Source of the DNA: Eledone cirrhosa
Taxonomy: Eukaryota
Assembly (NCBI GenBank): GCA_964016885.1
Contig: OZ024740.1
Location: forward strand, 66,216,001 to 66,280,000
DNA length: 64,000 bases
Direction: 5' to 3'
Part shown: one piece after another, positions 1-10,838 of the stretch
Position numbering within the stretch: the stretch's first letter is position 1
Layout: each line of letters starts with the position of its first letter
The notes under the pieces: model-generated
Seen by the model: only the letters and a program-made list of their open reading frames with translations
Databases searched by the model: none
Told to the model about the DNA's origin: nothing
Position numbers and translations under genes: made by a program

Positions 1-74
1 GGTGATGTTAAATCCCCAGTCCCGTATATATTTGTGTAAGAGTGTGTGTATAAATATGTGTGTATGTATGTATA

Positions 75-77
<3 letters not shown>

Positions 78-145
<68 letters not shown>
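78..145. repeat. (TA)n microsatellite, representative of dozens of (TA)n/(CA)n/(GA)n tracts across the window
   Basis: Direct reading. Such tracts generate the [16 protein letters not shown] ORFs in the track. Confidence 0.95.
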
Positions 146-155
<10 letters not shown>

Positions 156-557
156 GTGTGTATATGCACACATATCTATACATGTGAGTATGTGTGTCTG
201 TATATATGTTTATGTATGTGTATATATGTATTTGTGTGTGTGTGTGTGTGCACGCGAGCGTGGGCGCGTATGTTTTGGCGTGTGAACTTGTGACCTCATC
301 CTAACCTACCGTTTCCACAGATGTTCGATCAACCACTTGATATACCTTTTGTTCAAAATTGTTCTGTAAAATAATGAAGTGTTTATTTTGATTGCAACTT
401 ACCACTAAACTTCTTTCTCTAAATAAATTTTGTTTTTTCTAAGAATCTCCATCCTTTAATCTCACCATGGCCTCTACTACCCTTCCCCCCACCCAACCAC
501 TACCCTTCCCTTACCATCACAAAATGTATAAATACCAGAAATTTACATTGAAAGTCG

Positions 558-606
558 GCTTTCTTATGATTTCCTCCGAATGAAACAGTTCTAGTCCTGT
601 AGAAGC
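558..606 (+). ncRNA. Type I hammerhead ribozyme, degenerate core (family C)
   Basis: gcttt-CTTATGA-TTTC ctcc GAAT-GAA ACAG ttctagtc CTGT-A-gaagc. Stems I, II and III pair, GUA triplet, core G5 mutated to U. Homologous to 28409 and 39606. Confidence 0.6.
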
Positions 607-610
607 TATT

Positions 611-644
<34 letters not shown>

Positions 645-646
<2 letters not shown>

Positions 647-828
647 GGAACGAGTAGGACCCCGACGGCTGAGCTCAAGCCGTTTCGATGGCTAATTCTG
701 TGTCCAGAATTAGCCGTCGAAACGCCATGAGCTCTGCCGTCGGGCTCCTACTCGTTCTTATTACCCACTCTACTATTGAGTACTTTGGTGCGTTATGGTC
801 CACCTGGTTCCTTACCACATTTCCTTCG

Positions 829-830
<2 letters not shown>
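645..830 (+). mobile_element. Small foldback element: 116-bp palindrome made of two inverted HHR-like 3' halves plus a tail
   Basis: 645-700 is the reverse complement of 705-760. The minus arm reads GAA ACGGCT tgagctc AGCCGT C gggg. Related copies at 6860-6968 (minus) and 61663-61705. Confidence 0.65.
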
Positions 831-916
<86 letters not shown>

Positions 917-1452
917 GTATAACTGAACAAAAAAGAAAAACGTACAAATCGTAATGGACCAGATTCGCTAAGGTGAAAAGACTACTAACTAGAGACAATA
1001 AGGTTTGCTAGACTCAATTTAAGAATAAATCAAGAAAAATAAATACAAACCGGAATTGAGCTAACTACCGATCACCCGGACAGTTTTGATAATACTGGTC
1101 CATTACGAATCTGGTCCATTATGATTTGAATACATATATGTCTGTGTTCGTTTTTTTTTTCTTTGTTCAGTTATACTATACGGCTCGTAAAAAACCTCTT
1201 TCCCAGAGCTAATCTATTGTAATAAGACTATCTTGAGTTTCTAACTCAATACATGCCTTTGATATATTCGGCTCCGTTATTTCGTAGAGCTAATTCAAAT
1301 GTCGAGTAAACCCGGTTGCTATTTTTAGTGGCATGAATCTGCGAGACACGCTATGTTCTGGAACCATGTTCGTTACATTCGTTACATATACGCACACTAT
1401 CCAGTTTTTTTTAATTATATTTAGAAGTGACCAGGATACTAATAATTCTTCA

Positions 1453-1638
1453 CCCGCTGATGAGCTAGGATTTTGGTATCCTCTTCATAAATAATTTTTT
1501 CTTCTTTTGGCACAAAGCCAGCAATTACCCAGTGTATTACTGGTACTTTATTTTATCAACCCCATAAGGATGAAAGGCAAAGTTAACCTCGGCGGTCACA
1601 AATAATATTGCGAAACAGTATTATCAAAACTGTCCGGG
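1453..1638 (+). ncRNA. Type I hammerhead ribozyme with a SINE inserted in loop II
   Basis: cccg-CTGATGA-gc...gc-GAA ACAGT attatcaaa ACTGT-C-cggg. Intact core, GUC triplet. Confidence 0.75.
1496..1599 (-). mobile_element. 5'-truncated SINE
   Basis: Matches the 3' half of the SINE at 2583-2770. TSD aaataat at 1489-1495 and 1600-1606. Confidence 0.85.
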
Positions 1639-2582
1639 AGATTGGTAGTTACCACAATTCCGGTTTGTATTTATTTTTCTTGATTTATTCTTAAATTGAG
1701 TCTAGAAAACCCTATTGTCTGTAGTTAGTATTCTTTTCACCTTAGCGAATCTGGTCCCTTACTATTTGAACACATATATGGATATGTCTGTGTTCGTTAT
1801 TCTTTTTTGTTCAGTTATACTATACGGCTCGGAAAAACCTCTTTCCTAGTGCTAATTCACTGTAATGAGACTATTTTGAGTTTCTAACTCAATACATGCT
1901 TTTGATATATATAATAGTAATGTATATATATATATATAATAGATTGTTGTAGTTTGCTTCAAGCATTGTGAAATAGGAAATACAAATATAACTAGGAAAT
2001 AAGTTTGGTTATTTGGAAACATGACAATGCCAAGGTAATAAGAATTTGAGATAAAAGAGTGAGAACGATAGAAAGTTACTTAGCAATTTTAATGATCACG
2101 GATATTTTCAGGTTTAATATCCATTATCAACTGGAGTCCGTGGGGCTGAGACTGAAATCTGAGAAATGGTCGATTTAATTTGAACGAATGAAAACACGTT
2201 AAAGTTGTTTTTTTTGCGCATATGTGTAAGGGAAAACGTGCGTATGTGTATGATATATGGAGGTGTGCGCGTGGCTGTAAGTGTGTATTTCTAGTGAGGA
2301 TCAGACTTTAGTGTATCAGAGTAAAAGATGTCTCTGCAACATTTATTTGTTGTTTTTTTTTGTTTGTCTGCTAGGTCACCACACAAAGTCAGTAAGGAAT
2401 CTGACTGCTGCTATTATTAGTTGTGTCAAACTAGATGACCACTCACAGCACAAAAGGGATGTTTATGCTGTTGGCATTAGTCGTGTAAACCTGGAATATG
2501 CATCGAACTGTAGTTACACCGAGCAGCTATAAAATTAGATCAACCGGGCCGTGTATTAGTGCCATTATTCCTGTAATTACTG

Positions 2583-2770
2583 TAAGGGAGGTGGATTGGC
2601 AGTATCGGTAGAAGGTCGGACGCCATGCTTTCCAGCATATTTACGTCCCTTTACGATCTGAGTTCAAATCCCGCCGAGGTTGACTTTGCCATCATCATTA
2701 CGGGGTCGATAAAATAAAGTACCAGTAATGCACTGGGTAATTGCTGGCCTTGTGCCTAAAGTAGAAACAA
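2583..2770 (+). mobile_element. tRNA-derived SINE (octopus-type), near full length
   Basis: A-box-like tggcagtatcgg and B-box gagttcaaatcc. TSD attattcctgtaattactg on both sides. Further copies elsewhere in the window. Confidence 0.85.
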
Positions 2771-3965
2771 TTATTCCTGTAATTACTGGTGATGGTATGA
2801 TTATATATTCCGATCCTAAAGGTTGCTGAAAAGGCACCGACCGTAGAGTATGTTTTTGTCCAAACAGTTATTCCCTAGAGGGCACTCAGTTATCCGGATA
2901 CAGTTGCATTCCATAGTCACCTGAGGTCCAACCAGTCGCTTATAGTCTGAGCCGTATTGTTTAGTAGCTGCCTGATGGGTTGGGGCATCACCATTTGTTT
3001 GCGAGGTATGTTCGTGCGTAATACTATGTTGTTGGGGTGTTGGTGGATGCTTCCGTGTATGATTTGACCATGGTCCTATGTATATAAGTTATATTGTCGG
3101 CTAGTTTGGATGCAGTTGAGAAAGAGAATTTTACAGTTTGTTTTTTGAATAGTCTGTAGTACATATGTGAATAAAGGGTTCCCATGCGAGGCGCAATAAA
3201 TCAGGTCACGGATTTATTACGAAGCCTCGGTTGTCTAATGCAGCTATTGTCATGTATTCTGTATCTAATGATATTAGTCAAGTGCTTTGGATTATTTTTA
3301 TATTTATTATCGTATATGCGGTTCATATTCAGGCTACGACTGTAGTTTACTGCGTTTGTATTTAGAGCGCTAAGTGGTTGCGTCGTTTCATGGTAATGTC
3401 GACTGTAAACACTCGTGTATTGTGACTATCGGTAACTAGATCCATAATTTTAATTGATTTATCCGTCAGGTTGAAATGAGCCTTATGGTGTGGTTTTATG
3501 TATGTGGTTACTTATCCTGTTATTTTCGAGAGGTGTTGAGTTATCATTCATAATATTAATGTTGTTATTGTGGCATCTGTGACTATCTAGTTTCCCATTG
3601 TTGCGTTTGCTACAATTATGTTATCGTTTGGTGTATGGGTTGGTTATATATCCAGGGTAACTAGGCGACAGGTTTTTACTGTATGAATTAATGTGTGGTC
3701 TAGGTTCTTCGCCCATTGTTATGGTATGTGCCCTTGTCTATTATTTTAACTTGATTAGTATTACTAGCTGGTGCTTTGTCAAGAAATACGGTAAAGATGC
3801 CAGGCAACTTGTTGGATTCAGTATTATCAATAATGTCATTACCATCCTGCTTCTTAAGTTACCCACTACGGTATAATACTAAATGTTTGAGGAACCAAGA
3901 GTAAGTAAACGTTACACGCACACAGAAATACACACACACACACATGCACACACACACGCACACGC

Positions 3966-4014
<49 letters not shown>

Positions 4015-4032
4015 ACAATATATTTATATATA

Positions 4033-4478
4033 CAAGAGATAAAAGAAAAGAAGAAATTAATCCTTTATCAGCTATAAACGGAGATCAAGAAGTTACGGCG
4101 CTTAAATACATGACATCTATAAGTGATCAGTGGAGCGCCCAAGGCCTTTTCTTTTCTCAATCAAAAGGCCAGGGGGAAAAGAAGAGAAAAGGGTAATTTA
4201 CTTACATGTTCAATTGGCCTGTATTCCCCCACTGTCGGGTCTGTTCACCTGTTTTTTTCTCTTTCTTCCTCCCTCCTCACTACATTTCTCCCTCTGTTCT
4301 TCCTTTTTTCTTCTTTTTCCTTCCCTTTTCTCCTCTTTTCCTCCTGGCATTTTGATTGAGAAAAGGCCTTAAGCGCACCGCTGATCGCTTATAGATATCC
4401 TATATTTAAGCACCGAAACATCTTGGTCTCAGATTACAGCTGATGAAGGATTCTTTCTTCTTTTCTTTTCTTCTCTTG
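4033..4478. mobile_element. MITE-like or foldback element with about 150-bp imperfect inverted arms
   Basis: About 4033-4193 is the reverse complement of about 4322-4478 (for example cttaaatacatgacatctataagtgatcag / ctgatcgcttatagatatcctatatttaag). Confidence 0.7.
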
Positions 4479-6482
4479 TTTCGTCCATACTACCATCTTA
4501 AAATTTGTTTACAGTAACCACCCAGCTCCTTTTATTTATTAGCATTTTTTTTATATATACATATACATATTATATATGCATGTATATGGGGTTTGGGGGT
4601 AAGACATCTTCGGTCCCGAATGACCATATGTTTTGAACAGTCACAGCTAGTGCAAGGATATATTAAGGTTTACCAGCAGTGTGCCTGGCATGACATATTC
4701 CCTCCTCCAAGTTACCGATATTTTCCAAAGGAAGGGAAAGGCCGAAAACGCCTGTCAGGATATCGAATCACAAACTTATGATCTGGAAACAATCACTTTA
4801 CACACTACACTACGCACCTTCATAGATTTAAATTCACACATGCCCGCAAGCCCACCATGTGTATATGTTTAGCTATCAATATTTCAATATTTTATTCAGT
4901 TAAGTAGAAAATCCAATCCAATAAAAACTATTCCCAAAACACAATAGCAGTATTTTGTGTCTTCCTGTTTGTCTTTCATTTCCAATTTCTTTTTTTAACT
5001 TCTTGTTTGCAATTATTCACGTTACCAAACGTATTATGATTATACTTATGATATACAGCTATTTGACGGATTTATTATTTTTTCATGTTATGAATGTTAT
5101 CAAATATACAACATTGGATTATTGGTGGAAACGTTACTGACGTTTATATTTTTATTATGTTTGTTATAATTTCTTTCATTTTTGTAGTGATTGTGTAGAC
5201 CGAAATATTCTTATACATCCTCATCTTTCAACATCAGAAATTTAAGTTCACAATACTCTCTTACAAATTGCCTCTTTCATAAATAGAGGATTACCCCTGG
5301 TCGCTTGATTAGGATACTGATGAGATTTGTATTATTTGGTGGAATTTGACCTCAGACACATCAAGTTCCAGAGTTGGTGTCACAAGATATCTCATCCGAC
5401 GCAATTAATATTCCGACCACCTACTGCATTTGTGTGGTAATTCATTTCATCCGTCCCGAATGTTTGAATTACGAATTAGATTTCCGCAGGATTTAGCTTC
5501 AACAGCACTTGAACTCTTGTTTAGTAAATCCAGCATACAGACAGGTAAATCCTCAAAGTACTTATGATCAAATTTACCAGAGTTTACACATATACATACC
5601 TCTGCACATTTCTAATGTACAAATAATTAAAAAAAACGTACGCATGCACGTATATTTGTATATTTACTCATTTAAATTTAAATTTACCTTTTTATCATCT
5701 AGAAAATTCGACCACACGTACGTTCTCGTTGTACCTATGTGCATGTTGTATTTACAATTTAAACGTGACATCGTCCACAGAACGTCAGTTGCCTTCGAAC
5801 TTACCTGATGAATACAAATTTGAAATACACTGTGCAAGATAGTAGATTTTGCAATATGTAATAATTCGGTTTCCATAGTTATGTTCAAACACGTGTTAGA
5901 GTCCTTATTGAGCAATAATATTTTCTTCAAATTTCATCAAATCTTGCGAAGATTATGATAGTATCCTGTTCATACAAATTCACTCCGTGGAATGCTCCTC
6001 GTATCTTCGAGATATTTAAGTGAAACAACCCTACCGGGCACACACACACACACAAACATATATATATATGTGTGTGTGTGTGTGTGCGCGTGTGTGTGTG
6101 TGTGTGTGCGTGTGTGTGTGTAGTATGTATGTGTGTGTGTTGGTTATGTGTGTAACTGCAGTTACAGACATTCGAATGACTCAATGCTTATACTGAGTCC
6201 GTCTCTTGTTGTATCCTATTACACAGTTAAGACGACTCTAGTGTGTTGAGTCTAGAGTGTGAATAGAATTAATGTCAGTGTCCCTGCATATGTACAAACT
6301 TCATTGACATATTACAACTATTTCAATATCGAGCACATATAAATTCGCATACCTGAGGATATCTCGAAGAAGTGTCGTGCCCTATCCTTGTTATTGTATC
6401 TTGAGTTAATCGATATCGAAGCAATTGTAATATACCAATAACGTTTGTACATATGCTGTCACACTGATTTCAATTTTAGTTA

Positions 6483-6606
<124 letters not shown>

Positions 6607-6735
6607 ATATATATATAAAGAGTATAAAAGGAGGAGACGGGAGTATGTTTAAAACCAAACCTCACATCTATTGGCGTCTAGTATACTGTATCACAGTTTT
6701 TTCTCTTTCCTCATTTCTCATGATACATATCTCTT

Positions 6736-6834
<99 letters not shown>

Positions 6835-6859
6835 AACATATCTCTTCCTTATATATATA

Positions 6860-6964
6860 TAACGAAGGAATGTGGTAAGGAACCAGGTGGACTATAACGC
6901 ACCAAATTACTCAATACATAGGGTAGTAGAGTGGGTAATAGGAACGGTCGGGGTCCTACTCGTT

Positions 6965-6968
<4 letters not shown>
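6860..6968 (-). mobile_element. Shorter copy of the 645-830 foldback element
   Basis: Reverse complement of 645-666 joined directly to the reverse complement of about 753-830. The palindrome interior is absent. Confidence 0.7.
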
Positions 6969-7018
<50 letters not shown>

Positions 7019-7021
<3 letters not shown>

Positions 7022-7085
7022 TTCTTCTTATTCTTCTTCTTCTTCTTCTTCTTCTTCTTCTTCTTCTTCTTCTTCTTCTTCTTCT
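7019..7085. repeat. (CTT)n microsatellite
   Basis: Direct reading. Confidence 0.95.
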
Positions 7086-7949
7086 ACACACACACACACA
7101 CACACACACCCACACACATACCCACATATATATATATAGAGAGAGAGAGGAAGGCGAGGGTGTTTTTGTTAACAGTTCTACTTGTGTCTCTATCGCATAT
7201 AGATTAACAAACGTAAACTTTTCTAATACTTTCCGACACCTTGAAATAAGCAAAGGAAACAAAAACGGGTAAATGTCAGGGCATTACATTAAGGACCTCC
7301 ATTTCCAAATTAGTAATGTAAATTGAAATGATGTTAACGCCTTTTCCTACATTAAACGTATTAAATTTACAGTATGAACCTTATGAAACATAATTTGTTA
7401 TTTTTTAAATGTCATATTTTGTTTGTCATTTTACTCGATTCAAAATTTGAAATGTTTTATTTGAGTTATTTTTCTAAAACATTTTCTCTTAATATTGATC
7501 AATATGGCGTTAATCTAATTTATGAATTTTAGAATGATGGGTTACTTAATATATATATTGATACTAATATAGTTTTTGAAAATTAATATCATAATTGTTC
7601 TGCATGTAATGTCCATTAGGTTATTTGCAAGTTTATATTTTCTTCTGTACTTTTTTATGCAACTGTCACATAAAATTATTTTCCTATTCCATAGAAATAT
7701 ACTCCAGTCACTGAAATGAAAACAACATTATTCGCTTCGGATTGATTACTTATGTTAGCATTTATCATTACATCATTACATGCCGAATTCTCACCAACTA
7801 AGGGCGAGAATTCCGAAAATTTGTCTTTGTGCTCTAAATTCCTTATTGACTACGCAATTACATTTAATATAATACATATTACGCGAAAATTAAATGATAT
7901 ACAAATAAATCCGCAGTGCGAGTACCGAGGACACATAATGTCTTTATTA

Positions 7950-8740
7950 TAACAGGTAGGAGAAAAAGGCGTAGTCATCAAGCCCTGGTACTTTTCATCT
8001 TCCACTCCTCTGCGATGAGGGCGGTGGTACTCGAGATTGTGGCTGAAGCGACAAGATGAACAGCGAAGAATGAGTAATAAAACGTCTTGTCCTAGAATAG
8101 GGATTTGCAAATCCTGAACCGGAAGAGGGTTATTCAATCGGGGCATTTACCATCCCCACGGTCGAGGACAGTTTGCTACAGTTGCGACAAGAAATCGGCT
8201 GAGTCGAGGCTCCTTCTGATGATGTATTGCAGAGCGGAGTATATGGGGAACCGTGTTTCACCATGGCGGCATGATAACGAGTGCAGACAGACTCACCAAT
8301 GACAGTTCCACAACAGCATGTGTGTTATTCACGTATTTGGAGCCTGTTGAGCAGGACTATTGCAATATGAGTATCCTCCTCACCGAGTACAGTACCGAAT
8401 GATACAAATGATAAAGAATCGAGCTACTCTAGACTGTTTTGCTGAGAAACATTGTTAGTCCAGGAAGATTATATCTGCATTCAGTTAAACCTTTATTTAA
8501 TGTCGTCCTAGTTACGTACATCCTTATACTGGATGATGTCTAAGCCTACGTTGGTCCATTCTACCAAAGCTGTCTTCAGTTCCAGGTAATGTAACGTTTG
8601 GCTGTCTTCCTTAGACCTCACTGATGAGAGTGCGGCTGGATAAGATTGAAGTGAGATACACCAGACTTCACGGGAGGTTTGCTTGTGGCCCGCCGATGCT
8701 CTCAAATTTAACATTGCAGATCATTGCAGCAGAGCGTCGA
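7950..8740 (+). pseudogene. Possible decayed Gypsy LTR-retrotransposon gag/protease remnant
   Basis: GC-richer island. CYSCDKK resembles a zinc-knuckle start, and DTPDFTG near 8656 resembles a Gypsy protease-region motif. Heavily disrupted. Confidence 0.3.
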
Positions 8741-8758
8741 ATGGTGACTATAAGTATA

Positions 8759-9525
8759 TATACAATTGAATATATGAGAGGGATGAACACCGATAGAAGT
8801 AAACATGTCTTCGAATTCTAAATGACAAAGTTAGCTAGGTTAAAAAATACTAATTTAAAAGTATTTTTTCAACCTAGCTAACATGGTCATTTACAATTAG
8901 AACACATGTATACTTCTATCGGTGTTCATCCCTCTCATATATTCAATTGTATTACACGGCTCGGAATGATTCCCTTCCTTGAACTATTTAATTGTAAAAG
9001 ACTATTTTGAGTTTCTAACTCAATCTATGATATTCTTGGCTCCATACGTAGAGTGAACTTTAGTCTCATAAAACCAGCTGCTATTGTTAGAGGCACGAGT
9101 ATGAGACGCGCTAGGCACTGTAACATGTGGTTTTATATCAACACATAGTTCAGTCTTCTTAGATCTTTTGAAATGAAAGGTACGAATTTCCTGGATACCC
9201 GCAGAAGAGCACAGGAATGGTGGCTTTCACTCAATAAGCCTTGCGGAACAGATTTTAGATCTGTCCGGGTATCGAAGGCAGTTGCCCAATATAGGTTTGT
9301 TATTTTTATTGATTTATTACTTTAAATCGAGACAGGCAAACCATATTCTTTTAAATTAGTATTTTTTCAAACTAGCTAACTTGGTCATTTACAATTCGAA
9401 CACATGTATACTTCTATCGGTGTTCAACCCTCTCATATATTCAAAATTGTATTACACGGCTCGGAAAGATTCCCTTCCTTGAGCTATTTAATTGTAAAAG
9501 ACTATTTTGAGTTTCTAACTCAATC

Positions 9526-9527
<2 letters not shown>
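8759..9527 (+). mobile_element. Non-coding HHR-bearing partial-tandem element with terminal hairpin (family A relative)
   Basis: 8861-9027 is repeated at 9359-9527 (period 498). 8760-8853 folds back on 8861-8952. Shares acggctcgg and gactattttgagtttctaactcaat with 915-1908. Confidence 0.8.
9194..9273 (+). ncRNA. Type I hammerhead ribozyme, core mutated
   Basis: gatacccg-CAGAAGA-gca...tgc-GGA ACAGAT tttag ATCTGT-C-cgggtatc. 8-bp stem I, 6-bp stem III, two core substitutions. Confidence 0.65.
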
Positions 9528-9587
<60 letters not shown>

Positions 9588-9639
9588 TTCGTTTCTGAAT
9601 TTGTTTAGCAAGATTCTTTATCTGAAAACGTGTGTTGAA

Positions 9640-10432
9640 ACCGATATTGTTATGCTTTGGGAGTGTGATGTTGCCAATAAGAAACACACGCACCAGTTGC
9701 TTTTACTTCAATTTATTATGAATTAAATTTATAAATTTAGGAATTTATAAATTTCCGGTTGGTTGATTCCACAACCAGACGATTGTTCATATATTGTCAA
9801 CGTTCTTTCGTCACACATTCTGTGACCTATTCAGTGACTGGGATTATTTTCTTTGTTTTTGTGCCTCTCCTTTGTTCTGTCCTACGCCATCTTGTTTTTG
9901 TGTTATGTGCTTAGTTTGCGCATGTGTTACATCCGGGTGTATGTGTGTGTTTATATTTGTTTATTTATTTGTTTATTTACATGTTACTGGATGGTTGTTT
10001 GTTTTATGTGTGTGTGTGTTTTCATTTTGTCTTTAATTGAAGTTGTGATGTTGCTGTTCCATTCATGTTTTCTATTTAATTTTGGTTGGAGTTCATATAT
10101 GTTTATTGCCTCTCTCATTTGTCTAAACATTGCGTCTTTTCTGTGTGTAGATTAGATTTTTATTTCTATGTTCTCTAATTTACCCTTATGTTCTATTTTA
10201 GCATGTTGGTGGAGTACAAATGATTCTTTACTATCTTGAAGCTCTCGCCAGTGTTCATTTATCCGTTCCCCTATACCTCGAACTGTCTCACCTATGTACA
10301 CTATATTCTTATATCTACATTGTCCTTCAGTATATCTTATGCTATATAATACATTTCTAGTTTTACAGTTAATATGGGGACTTAGCTTACAGATTATAGA
10401 TTTCTTATCTATAGAGGGAGGTATTTGAAAAG
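9640..10432 (-). mobile_element. Penelope-like element 3' fragment (GIY-YIG plus terminal repeat)
   Basis: NVLYSIRY...VYIGET..IGERINEH. Same family as 62621-64000. Decayed HHR at 9796-9838 (minus). Confidence 0.85.
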
Positions 10433-10651
10433 ATATATATATAATAGTAAAAGGACGAATTGTTATGTCTTCATTACGTAATGAAGGCATCACAATTCGT
10501 CCATTTACTATTATATTTACACTCTGTTTAGTTCTACACCTCGTTACAGACGGAAAACTACGCACGAGTGCCTATCTCGGTGAACCTACAGTAACAGCAC
10601 GCTACACTCCCTATATATATATATACATACATAATATATATATATATACAC

Positions 10652-10763
<112 letters not shown>

Positions 10764-10766
10764 TTA

Positions 10767-10832
<66 letters not shown>

Positions 10833-10838
10833 TATATA

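Larger units (their letters stand above)
915..1908 (+). mobile_element. Non-coding HHR-bearing partial-tandem element with 5' inversion (family A)
   Basis: 1107-1265 is repeated directly at 1747-1908 (period 640, about 530 without the SINE). 915-1097 is the reverse complement of about 1616-1823. Flanked by (TA)n. Confidence 0.8.

Noticed and set aside
2790-3890. Possible very old Penelope-like remnant
   Set aside because: No motif could be read with confidence in any frame.
4411-4452. ccGAAACatcttgGTC...CTGATGAagg resembling a type II hammerhead
   Set aside because: Stem I does not pair and the motif is not conserved in the opposite arm of the foldback.
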